IMG/VR virus record: IMGVR_UViG_3300018962_000001
Coordinates: 140,686-204,685 of that record
DNA: 64,000 nucleotides
Reading direction: 5' to 3' (one strand)
Shown: piece by piece, positions 55,693-63,476 of the stretch
How positions within the stretch are numbered: position 1 is the first letter of the stretch
Layout of the letters: each line of letters opens with the position of its first letter
Position numbers and translations under genes: made by a program
Notes under the pieces: model-generated
What the model was told of the DNA's origin: nothing
What the model saw: the letters and a program-made list of their open reading frames with translations, nothing else
The model's database searches: none

Positions 55693-56452
55693 CCTGATCT
55701 CCTTCCTCCTTCGCCACCAGCGTCCACAGTGGATTTCCGTTGCCACTGGTGCCATCCTCGTTCCAGTGGTTCGACTGGCTCCACGCGGACCAGCCCGACC
55801 ACTGCGTGCTCCGCTGGAGCCGCGCAACCAGCTCAACCCGTTCGCCCTCCTGGGTCCGGTACCAGCCCGGCCCGGTGATGAACACCGGAGCCGGTGGTGC
55901 GGTGACCGTAATGGTCGCCTCCAACGACTCCCCCGCCGCCGAGGCAGCCAGCACCCGCGGCACTAGCTCGTCGAGGAGATAGGCAATCACCGCACGCCGA
56001 TCAGTCCCGCTGGTCAGGCCACTGGTGCGATCCGGCGCGACGATTTGCACCGCCACGAAACTCAGCAATCGACTGTCCGCCTCCCGCCTTTCGTTATCCC
56101 CACATTGGGGATGGTTTGGGGATAGTGGGGATGATTCGCGACCAAGCAGCAACCCTAGCGCGCTCCGCGCGCGCGCGCCCATATCGCCTGCTCCCAGGTC
56201 GGTATGCCCATACTCCGCAGCATATCCGTCCGGGTTGGCATACAAGCGCAACGCATCCACCACCGGGTCTTCTTGATCGCTATGGATGGTGATCGCCACC
56301 CGATTCGATCCGGTTGCCAGGGCGGCGGCGCGCACCCACCCGATGAGGTATCCGGCCAGCGCATCGTCGATTCCAGTCACTGCCGAGTCCAGCGTTACCT
56401 CCTGCCGCGATCCAAGGGTCGGATCAGAGATAATAATCGTTAGCTCATCCAT
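55673..56452 (-). CDS. Hypothetical protein, 259 aa; N-terminal half paralogous to 57333..57659
   Basis: DALR.YA...Y...GHTDL..GD.G.RA..AL..LLG shared. Confidence 0.75.
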   Translation of the reverse strand: MDELTIIISDPTLGSRQEVTLDSAVTGIDDALAGYLIGWVRAAALATGSNRVAITIHSDQEDPVVDALRLYANPDGYAAEYGHTDLGAGDMGARARSALGLLLGRESSPLSPNHPQCGDNERREADSRLLSFVAVQIVAPDRTSGLTSGTDRRAVIAYLLDELVPRVLAASAAGESLEATITVTAPPAPVFITGPGWYRTQEGERVELVARLQRSTQWSGWSAWSQSNHWNEDGTSGNGNPLWTLVAKEEGDQDATPGG

Positions 56453-56508
56453 TGGCTCCTCCCTCCAGGGCCGAGATACTCCGAATCGGACATTCTAAGG
56501 CGGATATT

Positions 56509-56955
56509 TTACTCGTCGCGGGCCGGGGTCCGCCACCGGGTCCGTTCCCCCTGCTCACGGGCCTTCCGGGCCAACGCTAACGCCCGCTGCTCACCATGAC
56601 GCGGGATGGAAAACTTGGTCCGTCGTTGCTTGCCAGTGGTTGTGGTCCAGGTGGCCTCGTAGTATTCGGTATGGCCTTCGCGCCGCCGCCGAACACCGGG
56701 CACGCCCGTGGAAGAATGGATGATCCCCAGCACCTGCCGCTCGGTGCGCGGCTTGCCAATATCGCGCTCGGTCGCATTGCGCCAGTCGAGCGCGGCCCCC
56801 AAGGCCGCTAACCGATCGCCATAGACCTGATCCGAGAAGAACTTGGAGCGACGTTCGCCTTTCCATTGAATGCGCACAAAATATCCATGCGTTCCCTTGG
56901 CGGCACGGTCGATGCGCGTCAGGTTCTTGTGCTTAACGGTGCGTGGTCGCTTCAT
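56509..56955 (-). CDS. AP2-domain DNA-binding protein, 148 aa
   Basis: Two AP2-like repeats (GYFVRI..KGERRSKFFS...; TGV.GV...YEATW...RRTKFS...GE..AL.LA). Confidence 0.75.
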   Translation of the reverse strand: MKRPRTVKHKNLTRIDRAAKGTHGYFVRIQWKGERRSKFFSDQVYGDRLAALGAALDWRNATERDIGKPRTERQVLGIIHSSTGVPGVRRRREGHTEYYEATWTTTTGKQRRTKFSIPRHGEQRALALARKAREQGERTRWRTPARDE

Positions 56956-57200
56956 AGCATCCTCCGCGACATCATCGGAAGCACGACATACACGCCATAG
57001 GCATCGGAGTCGTTCGCAAGCTCCTGCCAACACGCAGCTTCGGTGGGGTGATCCTCGAATCGACCGTAGGGACCGCCATACCCACTTTGCTGCGGCTCCT
57101 TCAGCAACCCTTCCCGGATCTCATAGATCCGGTACCAGACGCGGACGTTGGATGGTGGCCCGGATGGCGATTCGGGCACTGATTCCGGCGGTTGACACAT
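56952..57200 (-). CDS. Hypothetical protein, 82 aa
   Basis: ATGA overlap with the AP2 gene; AAAGGA RBS. Confidence 0.6.
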   Translation of the reverse strand: MCQPPESVPESPSGPPSNVRVWYRIYEIREGLLKEPQQSGYGGPYGRFEDHPTEAACWQELANDSDAYGVYVVLPMMSRRML

Positions 57201-57332
57201 GGGCAAGTAATCCTTTCGTGCCCCTGGCGATACCGTCAAGGGGTCATAAACGATGCGGAAGTTTTAATCCCCCCCCGCGCAGGGCGGCAACGCGATTCAA
57301 GCAAAAACCTTACAAATAACGAGGTTCGGGCC

Positions 57333-57659
57333 TTAGCGTGCCTCCTGCGCCCCCAACAAGGCCATTAACGCAGCCTGGGCGCGCTGACCCCCATCGCCGG
57401 TTGCCAGGTCGGTATGCCCATGCTGATCGTAATAGGCATTAAGGTCCGCGTAGAAGCGTAGGGCGTCGATACACGCGGTGATCGCATCAGAATTGACCTG
57501 AATCAGCACATGGAGGCGGAGACCAATCAGGCGGGCAGCAACCAACTGTGGGAGGACATGCTCCCGCAGGTACACGTCGGTTGCTTCAGTATCCGCGAGC
57601 ACCTGCCGCCGGTGCGATTGGGTGTGCGGATCGATGATGAGGCATTCAATGTCGGCCAT
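57333..57659 (-). CDS. Hypothetical protein, 108 aa
   Basis: GAGGA RBS; paralogue of 55673..56452. Confidence 0.7.
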   Translation of the reverse strand: MADIECLIIDPHTQSHRRQVLADTEATDVYLREHVLPQLVAARLIGLRLHVLIQVNSDAITACIDALRFYADLNAYYDQHGHTDLATGDGGQRAQAALMALLGAQEAR

Positions 57660-57755
57660 CGTGGTCCTCGCGTTCAGGTCGATGCGGGAGGAATTGCTCC
57701 CCCCCGCGCTCAGATCAAACATCCAGCAAGTCAAAAATTCGTATAGTTAGGATAG

Positions 57756-57787
57756 GGGGGGATTCGGGCGCGGTACCCGAATCCCCC
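57756..57787 (-). terminator. Hairpin after 57796..58170
   Basis: GGGGGATTCGGG...CCCGAATCCCCC 12 bp stem. Confidence 0.65.
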
Positions 57788-57795
57788 GATCGATT

Positions 57796-58170
57796 CTAGC
57801 GCGGGCGGAAAAAATCGCCGCGCGCGATCGCGCTATCGATCGGCGCGGCGATCGGATCGTTTAATTCGCCGCGCCCCGATCGGGTATTTTCGTAGGCGGC
57901 GGCGGCGGCGGGTAGCGGGCGGCGATTCGCGCGCGCCCAAATTTTATCCGCGCGATCGATACCGCGATTCGCGGCGGCGTACGCGGCGGAATCGGATAGT
58001 AGATCCGGGCGGGCGTAAAATTCGGCGGCGGCTAGTACGATCGGATCGGGGTAAAAATCGCGGCGATCGATAATTAAGCCGTTAAGCGCGTAGCGTAGAT
58101 AAATTTGGGCGGCGGCGGATTCGATTCGGGCTAGGATCGTAGCGGTAGCGGTAGCGGTAGCGGTAGTCAT
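57796..58170 (-). CDS. Compositionally extreme protein 1, 124 aa
   Basis: Own promoter, GGGGA RBS and terminator. Confidence 0.75.
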   Translation of the reverse strand: MTTATATATATILARIESAAAQIYLRYALNGLIIDRRDFYPDPIVLAAAEFYARPDLLSDSAAYAAANRGIDRADKIWARANRRPLPAAAAAYENTRSGRGELNDPIAAPIDSAIARGDFFRPR

Positions 58171-58221
58171 TTTGGTATCCCCTAGTAGCGGCGCGGCGGG
58201 CGCGATTCATTTGATAGGTAT

Positions 58222-58250
58222 AGTATAGCGTATATCGGCGCGCTAGTCAA
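58222..58250 (-). promoter_or_regulatory. Repeated strong promoter, copy 1
   Basis: TTGACT-AGCGCGCCGATATACGC-TATACT, then TATCAAATGAATCG leader. Confidence 0.85.
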
Positions 58251-58389
58251 TCAAAATCTAGTAAAAATAGCGGCGGATTTTGTATAGATATATTAACTAT
58301 ATCTAGGCGGATCGGGCGCGCTAGGCGGCGCGCTAGGGGCGATAGGGGCGCTATCCGCGCCCCTATACGCGATCGGGGGATACGCGGCG

Positions 58390-59043
58390 CTACGCGGCGC
58401 GGGTAGCCTTAAGGCCCGTCTTAACCGTACCGTGCCCCTTAATTTCTACCGCGATCGGCGTATCGCGTACTACGCGGGCGCGTACCGTATAGCGGATACG
58501 GGTAGCGGTACGATCCGCTACGATCGCCTTAATTTCGCCGTAGATCGCGCCGCCGGTAGCGGCTATATCGCGGATAAAATCGGCGCGGGCGCTATCGATC
58601 GTACTATCGATCGGGCGGCTATAGCGGATAAATTCGGATCGGGCGCATTTCGGTACCGCTACCGGATAGACGCGGGCGCGGCGGGCGCTAGGCGCTACGG
58701 GCGCGGGCGCTACGGGCGCGGGCGCGGTATAGATCCGGGCGCGGCGCGGGCTATCGTAGGCATGCGATAGTAGGCGGGCGATTCGGGCGCGGCGGGCGGA
58801 TTCGTAGCGGGCGGCGGCGCGGCGGGCATTAATTTCTAGCGATTCGCGGGCGTACGTACTAGCCGGATAGGTACCCGCCGAAAATTCGCGCCCGGTACGC
58901 GGATCGGTTAAGTAGGCCGTATTTTCAAATTGGCCGGGATTCGGGCGGCGGCGATCGTAGCGAATCGCGTAGGTAGTACCGTTAATTTCGATCGTAGCGG
59001 CGGCGGCGGATTTTTTGGCGGCGGTAGTAGCGGTAGTAGTCAT
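58390..59043 (-). CDS. Compositionally extreme protein 2, 217 aa
   Basis: Own promoter; GGGGA RBS. Confidence 0.75.
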   Translation of the reverse strand: MTTTATTAAKKSAAAATIEINGTTYAIRYDRRRPNPGQFENTAYLTDPRTGREFSAGTYPASTYARESLEINARRAAARYESARRARIARLLSHAYDSPRRARIYTAPAPVAPAPVAPSARRARVYPVAVPKCARSEFIRYSRPIDSTIDSARADFIRDIAATGGAIYGEIKAIVADRTATRIRYTVRARVVRDTPIAVEIKGHGTVKTGLKATRAA

Positions 59044-59101
59044 TTCCGTATCCCCTAGATACTAGGCCGCTATCGGTAGCGGCGATTCATTTGATAGCGG
59101 T

Positions 59102-59130
59102 AGTATAGCGCGTATCGGCGCGTACGTCAA
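59102..59130 (-). promoter_or_regulatory. Repeated strong promoter, copy 2
   Basis: TTGACG-TACGCGCCGATACGCGC-TATACT, then TATCAAATGAATCG. Confidence 0.85.
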
Positions 59131-59298
59131 GTATAGATTTGGTAAAAATAGGCCGGATTTTGTATAGATTTGGTAAAAATTTTATACGGGTATGGTTGTA
59201 AAAAATCGGTAAAAAAGTACCGGAATCAACCGCCCGGATCGACATAAGGAGGCGCGCATGTGCGCGTGTGTGAGCGTGCGTGTGCGCGCCGATTCGCA

Positions 59299-59480
59299 CG
59301 TACGGCCAACCAGCCATTCTCAACGAAGCGCCTGCGCGTGCGCGTTGATACCCGCGTGCGGCCAACCAGCGATTCCCAACAAACCGCCTGCACGCATCCA
59401 TGAATACCCGCGTACGGCCAACCATGCAGTTCCGAGAATGTCCCTGCGCCCCTGTGTTGATGCCCGCGTGCGGCCAACCA
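59299..59480 (+). repeat. Four copies of CGTRCGGCCAACCA at exact 56 bp spacing
   Basis: Copies start at 59299, 59355, 59411 and 59467. Confidence 0.85.
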
Positions 59481-59487
59481 TCTATGG

Positions 59488-59775
59488 TCAGGGGAGCGGA
59501 TCAGGATCATGCCAGCCATGCGGGCTATCCGCATAACAACCACGAAACACCAACGAGTCCCCAAGCACCGACGCTTCCGCATCGGTTCGGCGCGTCTTGA
59601 TACGCCAACCCAACCGCCGACAAACGGCGACCATCTGCTCGAACTGGTCGGGCGCGGCCTGGATCGCCAGGCCGCCGGGCACGATGTCGGAGGAAATGCC
59701 AACCTCGGCCAAGGCCGCTTGCGCAGCACACGCCTGCTGATAGGTGCGCGGTTGAATGGTGTACTCTTTGGTCAT
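59488..59775 (-). CDS. Hypothetical protein, 95 aa
   Basis: GAGGAG RBS. Confidence 0.65.
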   Translation of the reverse strand: MTKEYTIQPRTYQQACAAQAALAEVGISSDIVPGGLAIQAAPDQFEQMVAVCRRLGWRIKTRRTDAEASVLGDSLVFRGCYADSPHGWHDPDPLP

Positions 59776-59846
59776 GGTCTAACTCCTCGGCAGAATCCCT
59801 GCCCGATGCGAGGGCCGGTCGTTGTGATCGGCCCTCGGTACCCGAC

Positions 59847-60089
59847 CTACCAATCGTAGTCAGCAGCAATCGACACGAAGCTGGACGAGCCGACCGCGAA
59901 TGCGTGATCCTCAACACGGGAATCGGCATCGGTCGCAGCCTCGATCATGGTTGACAGCACCCAGCACTCGGCAGGATCGGTCGTTTCCGCGTGGGCGGCG
60001 GCGGCGGCGTCGAGCACTTCTTGCCGGGCGGCAGGACTCAACTTGGCGGCAAGGGCAAGCAAGGCAACATATTCGGTTGATGACCTCAT
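59847..60089 (-). CDS. Hypothetical acidic protein, 80 aa
   Basis: CGAAAGGAACCCGCC-ATG leader; promoter TTGACA-N17-TAAGCT at 60167-60139. Confidence 0.7.
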   Translation of the reverse strand: MRSSTEYVALLALAAKLSPAARQEVLDAAAAAHAETTDPAECWVLSTMIEAATDADSRVEDHAFAVGSSSFVSIAADYDW

Positions 60090-60196
60090 GGCGGGTTCCT
60101 TTCGTGCTCGGCGCTGGGCCGGTATCTATCGTGCTTGGAGCTTACCGCTGGTCGGCCAGTATGTCAAGGGGTTACAAGAACGACCTGCCGAACGCT

Positions 60197-60481
60197 TTAC
60201 GAATCCGCCAGGGCGCGCGGAGCGAGGTGGTTGGCGACATCGCGCGATTGCTCGGCCAGCTGCCGCAGCGTGTCGGCCAGCGGGCCAGCCGCAGGGGTGA
60301 TTCGGGCCAGGGCCGCAGCCTCGGCGGCCAACCGCAGGACATCTGCCGCAATGCAGGTTGCGAGGGTGGCGGCAACCTGCGCCTCGTGCTCGGCATTGGT
60401 ATGCTGCGCGCCGATCCGGCAAAACGCGCATGGTTGGGGGAGATTTGGTGACACGACCTGATTCCTTTCGTATGCAAGCAT
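60197..60481 (-). CDS. Hypothetical protein with CAFC motif, 94 aa
   Basis: Follows the 37 aa peptide gene; start uncertain. Confidence 0.5.
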   Translation of the reverse strand: MLAYERNQVVSPNLPQPCAFCRIGAQHTNAEHEAQVAATLATCIAADVLRLAAEAAALARITPAAGPLADTLRQLAEQSRDVANHLAPRALADS

Positions 60482-60493
60482 GGTTGGAGAGGG

Positions 60494-60607
60494 CTATGCC
60501 CCCTCCTCCTCGTCCTCGTCCCGGTTGTCCTGGTCGGCGGCGGCATCTTCGCGTTCGAGTCGCGCTACGGCTTCCTCGGCTTCTCGGTCGGCCCAATCGC
60601 GGTACAT
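60494..60607 (-). CDS. 37 aa highly acidic peptide (not in ORF track)
   Basis: MYRDWADREAEEAVARLEREDAAADQDNRDEDEEEGA; same CGAAAGGAACCCGCC-ATG leader as 59847..60089; promoter TTGACG-N17-TATGAT at 60673-60645. Confidence 0.7.
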   Translation of the reverse strand: MYRDWADREAEEAVARLEREDAAADQDNRDEDEEEGA

Positions 60608-60677
60608 GGCGGGTTCCTTTCGCTCCATCGTCGTATCTGAGCACATCATACCGGAGGTCGATCGGAACGTCAAGGGG

Positions 60678-61001
60678 TTATGATACGACCTTTGATCGAC
60701 CCGATTCCCTGGGGGTCCGGGCGAGCCGCGCCCTGGCGTCGGCGATTAAGGCGACCAGATCGGCAGGCTTGCGCCGTGGGGGGAGCGACTGCTCTAGGGC
60801 AACCACGGCGGCCTCAACCCCTTGGGCGGCGCGTTCTCGCGCCTCGCAGGTTTGCCGGGAGGGCATCCATACCTGGCCGAATCCATAGGCGGGCATAGGC
60901 CGCTTCGACCGATCAACGGCTCGGTTGGCCTCCTGCAAGGTTTGGAGCGCTGCGCGAAGACAGTCGGCGCGATACGCACGGGTGGTTGCTCGATGGCCCA
61001 T
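60678..61001 (-). CDS. Hypothetical protein, 107 aa
   Basis: AAAGGAGG RBS. Confidence 0.7.
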   Translation of the reverse strand: MGHRATTRAYRADCLRAALQTLQEANRAVDRSKRPMPAYGFGQVWMPSRQTCEARERAAQGVEAAVVALEQSLPPRRKPADLVALIADARARLARTPRESGRSKVVS

Positions 61002-61028
61002 GACGGCCTCCTTTCGGTTGCAGGTTGC

Positions 61029-61054
61029 CGCCGGGCGGATTAATCCGCCCGGCG
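61029..61054. terminator. Perfect 26 bp palindrome after 61065..61520
   Basis: CGCCGGGCGGATTAATCCGCCCGGCG. Confidence 0.7.
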
Positions 61055-61064
61055 ATTCGCGGAT

Positions 61065-61520
61065 CTAGCGGGTTGATTTTTCCCCGTAGCGCGGGTCGAG
61101 TCGCGGTAGCGCGTTAAGCGCGGCGGCTAGGGCCGAATCGTAGATCGCGGCTACGGCGGCGGCGTACCGATCGAGTCGATCCGAATCGTAGGCCGCGCCC
61201 GATTCGAGGTCGGCGGCGATCGCGGCGGCGGATTCCGATTCGTAGCCGCCGCCTAGCGCGGCAAAAATCGATTCGGCGGCGGCGGCGGCGGTCGATAGGA
61301 TATACAAATCGCTATAGGATTCGAGTCCGGCGGCGGCTAGGATTTCGCCAAATCCTACGGCGCTATCCCCCCCGATATACCCGGCGCGATTCCCCGCTAC
61401 GATTCCGGCGGAAATCCCGGCGGCGGCGGCGGCGATTAATTCGACCGAATCTAGGGGATAGACGGCTAGGGCGGCGGCGGCGGCGGCGGCGGATTTTGGG
61501 GCGATTTGGATCGGGTTCAT
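61065..61520 (-). CDS. Compositionally extreme Ala-rich acidic protein 3, 151 aa
   Basis: Own promoter and terminator. Confidence 0.75.
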   Translation of the reverse strand: MNPIQIAPKSAAAAAAALAVYPLDSVELIAAAAAGISAGIVAGNRAGYIGGDSAVGFGEILAAAGLESYSDLYILSTAAAAAESIFAALGGGYESESAAAIAADLESGAAYDSDRLDRYAAAVAAIYDSALAAALNALPRLDPRYGEKSTR

Positions 61521-61572
61521 TAATTTTTCCCTACTAGCCCGTATCGCTACGGGCGATTAATTTGATAGCCGT

Positions 61573-61601
61573 AGTATAGCGCAAAAATACGCGCTAGTCA
61601 A
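61573..61601 (-). promoter_or_regulatory. Repeated strong promoter, copy 3
   Basis: TTGACT-N17-TATACT, then TATCAAATTAATCG. Confidence 0.85.
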
Positions 61602-61722
61602 GGGAGGTTGACGGGGAAAAAGAAGGTCGATCCGACGAATCGCACCGGGCCGGGTTGGATCGGCGCTGCGCAGCGGCGGTAGGTTGGCGGGCGGGTTGGC
61701 ATTACCCAACCCGCCCGGCGAT

Positions 61723-62163
61723 CTAGGGATTAAGCAGGTTGGTTACGATTCCCCCCGGATCGGTACGGTAAAATGCGATCAACTTCCCCCCGGAAATGCA
61801 ACCTTCGAAGGTCGGGCCGAGGGCCGCGTCTAGGTACGTATCCAAATCGGGAATCGCGGCGGCGGATTCGGCGCGCGGGCAACCTTCGGCTACCCATTTA
61901 ACGTAGCCCGCCGCGATTCCAACATGGGCGGCGGCGATTCCGCGCGCGATCCGGGGCGGATCAACCGGAATCCCGTAGGCGGCAAATCCGGCGGCGGCGA
62001 TCGGCGGCGCGGCGATCGGCGGCGCGGGCGCGGCGGGCGGCGCGGGCGGATAGGGATACGTTAAGCGATCGTAGGTATAGGCGGCGGCGGATTCGCGGAT
62101 CATTTCAAATTCGGCGGCGTAGGATTCGGGCGAATTGTTGGAATCGTAGACTCGGATAGGCAT
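61723..62163 (-). CDS. Compositionally biased protein 4, 146 aa
   Basis: Own promoter; GGGAG RBS; hairpin 61689-61716 downstream. Confidence 0.75.
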   Translation of the reverse strand: MPIRVYDSNNSPESYAAEFEMIRESAAAYTYDRLTYPYPPAPPAAPAPPIAAPPIAAAGFAAYGIPVDPPRIARGIAAAHVGIAAGYVKWVAEGCPRAESAAAIPDLDTYLDAALGPTFEGCISGGKLIAFYRTDPGGIVTNLLNP

Positions 62164-62217
62164 TTTCGGACTCCCGTAGCGGTAGCGGCGCGTAGGCCGG
62201 ATTTATTTGATACCGCT

Positions 62218-62246
62218 ATATTACCGCGTATCGGCGCGCTAGTCAA
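62218..62246 (-). promoter_or_regulatory. Repeated strong promoter, copy 4
   Basis: TTGACT-AGCGCGCCGATACGCGG-TAATAT, then TATCAAATAAATC. Confidence 0.8.
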
Positions 62247-62559
62247 GGGTAACCTTCGCCCGATCGCGCAGGTCGATCCGCCGATCGCACCCGGCGTACT
62301 GCTGAAGGTCGGGCTTGACAACCAGGCCCGTGGGCAGCGATGCTGCTGGCAGGGGCCACGCCAGGGGCCAGCAGCACGCTGAGCTGCGTCCACCTTCTGA
62401 CCTGCACCCACCTGGACAGGTGGACTTGTACGTACGGCCAACCATTCAAACCCAGCGATGCGCAGCTTGGCGCGTACGGCCAACCATCCAAACCCAGGGA
62501 TGGCCCGACCTTGCAGCGATCCGGTTTCACTGAACCTGCGCCAGCGTCCACGGTCACGC

Positions 62560-62588
62560 TTGACGACCGCACCGCATAGCGCTATGCT
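62560..62588 (+). promoter_or_regulatory. SigA-type promoter
   Basis: TTGACG-N17-TATGCT. Confidence 0.7.
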
Positions 62589-62625
62589 GCCCCTATCGAA
62601 TGACGAGTCTACGAGGAGGATGTCC

Positions 62626-62859
62626 ATGATCGTCTGTGTGCCGGTATCACCCGCCGAAGAAGCCCGCATTGCCGCGCTGAACCTGCCGGATCGGGTCTGG
62701 CGTATCCGTCTTGACCCGCACGAAGAACGCGAGATCGCCGCTCCGCTGGTCGAGCTGGCGCAGCATCGGTACCTCCAAGCCTTAGACCTGGACCGGGATG
62801 CTCGTGCCTGGGACCGGGTGCAGGCGATCCCAGGCACCGACCCCCATCCGCAGCGATAG
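62626..62859 (+). CDS. Hypothetical protein, 77 aa
   Basis: GAGGAGG RBS after the promoter. Confidence 0.7.
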   Translation: MIVCVPVSPAEEARIAALNLPDRVWRIRLDPHEEREIAAPLVELAQHRYLQALDLDRDARAWDRVQAIPGTDPHPQR

Positions 62860-62950
62860 CCCTCCAGGTCCACCTGCGCAGACAGAGCGATGTGCGCGTA
62901 CGGCCCACCACGTGTGCGCACCGATTCGCAGGTCCGGCCCACCATCGGGT

Positions 62951-63241
62951 TTATGCCGCACGGCGCTCCACAATCGACTCCCCGACGACCCAGTTCATCG
63001 CCACCGCCACATGTGCCGCCATCGCGACCGGATCGTGCCCGTCGCAGGTCGCGATGGCAAGAATATAGCTCCAAACGAGGACTGCATCTCCCGCGCATGC
63101 CCATCCCGACACGTGCAGCCCTTGCCCGGCGAGCCGCCGGGCAAGGTGTTCTCCTTGATCGACCGTCAACCGAACGCGATCGACGGTGTACACGACTCGG
63201 ATCGGCGCTAGGGGATCGTTCCCCGGTTGATCATCGGTCAT
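62951..63241 (-). CDS. Hypothetical protein, 96 aa
   Basis: GGAGG RBS; overlap with the upstream stop. Confidence 0.6.
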   Translation of the reverse strand: MTDDQPGNDPLAPIRVVYTVDRVRLTVDQGEHLARRLAGQGLHVSGWACAGDAVLVWSYILAIATCDGHDPVAMAAHVAVAMNWVVGESIVERRAA

Positions 63242-63476
63242 GGTGCTTCGCGCCTCCCCGACGATGCCAGCTTCGAATATCGACCACATGCTGGGTGCTG
63301 GTGTACAGCATCCAGGTTGCCCCGGCCCGCTCAAAGATGATACCGGTCCAGCCGGTATCGAAGGCCATCATCATGCGGAGGCTCAGGATTTCACGGTCGA
63401 GCACCGTTGCCGCCTCGTCATGGAGGTCGGGCGGCAGCTGAAACCAGCCCTGGGGTGTTTCGAGTGCGATCACCAT
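63231..63476 (-). CDS. Hypothetical protein, 81 aa
   Basis: GGAGG RBS. Confidence 0.65.
   Translation of the reverse strand: MVIALETPQGWFQLPPDLHDEAATVLDREILSLRMMMAFDTGWTGIIFERAGATWMLYTSTQHVVDIRSWHRRGGAKHHDR

Larger units (their letters stand above)
62431..62944 (+). repeat. Further copies of the CGTACGGCC(A/C)ACCA motif
   Basis: 62431 and 62473 (30 bp near-identical, 42 bp apart); variants at 62897 and 62931. Confidence 0.75.

Noticed and set aside
58138-58166. (GTAGCG)n tandem repeat and several (GGC)n/(GCC)n runs elsewhere as contingency microsatellites
   Set aside because: In-frame Thr-Ala or poly-Ala coding; unit lengths are multiples of 3.
59299-59480. 56 bp periodic repeat as a mini-CRISPR
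   Set aside because: Conserved part is short and non-palindromic, and the intervening segments resemble each other (shared TTC and CCTGC positions).
61645-61700. GG-rich stretch as another pentamer tract
   Set aside because: 5 nt phase holds for only 2-3 units, and the rest belongs to a terminator hairpin.
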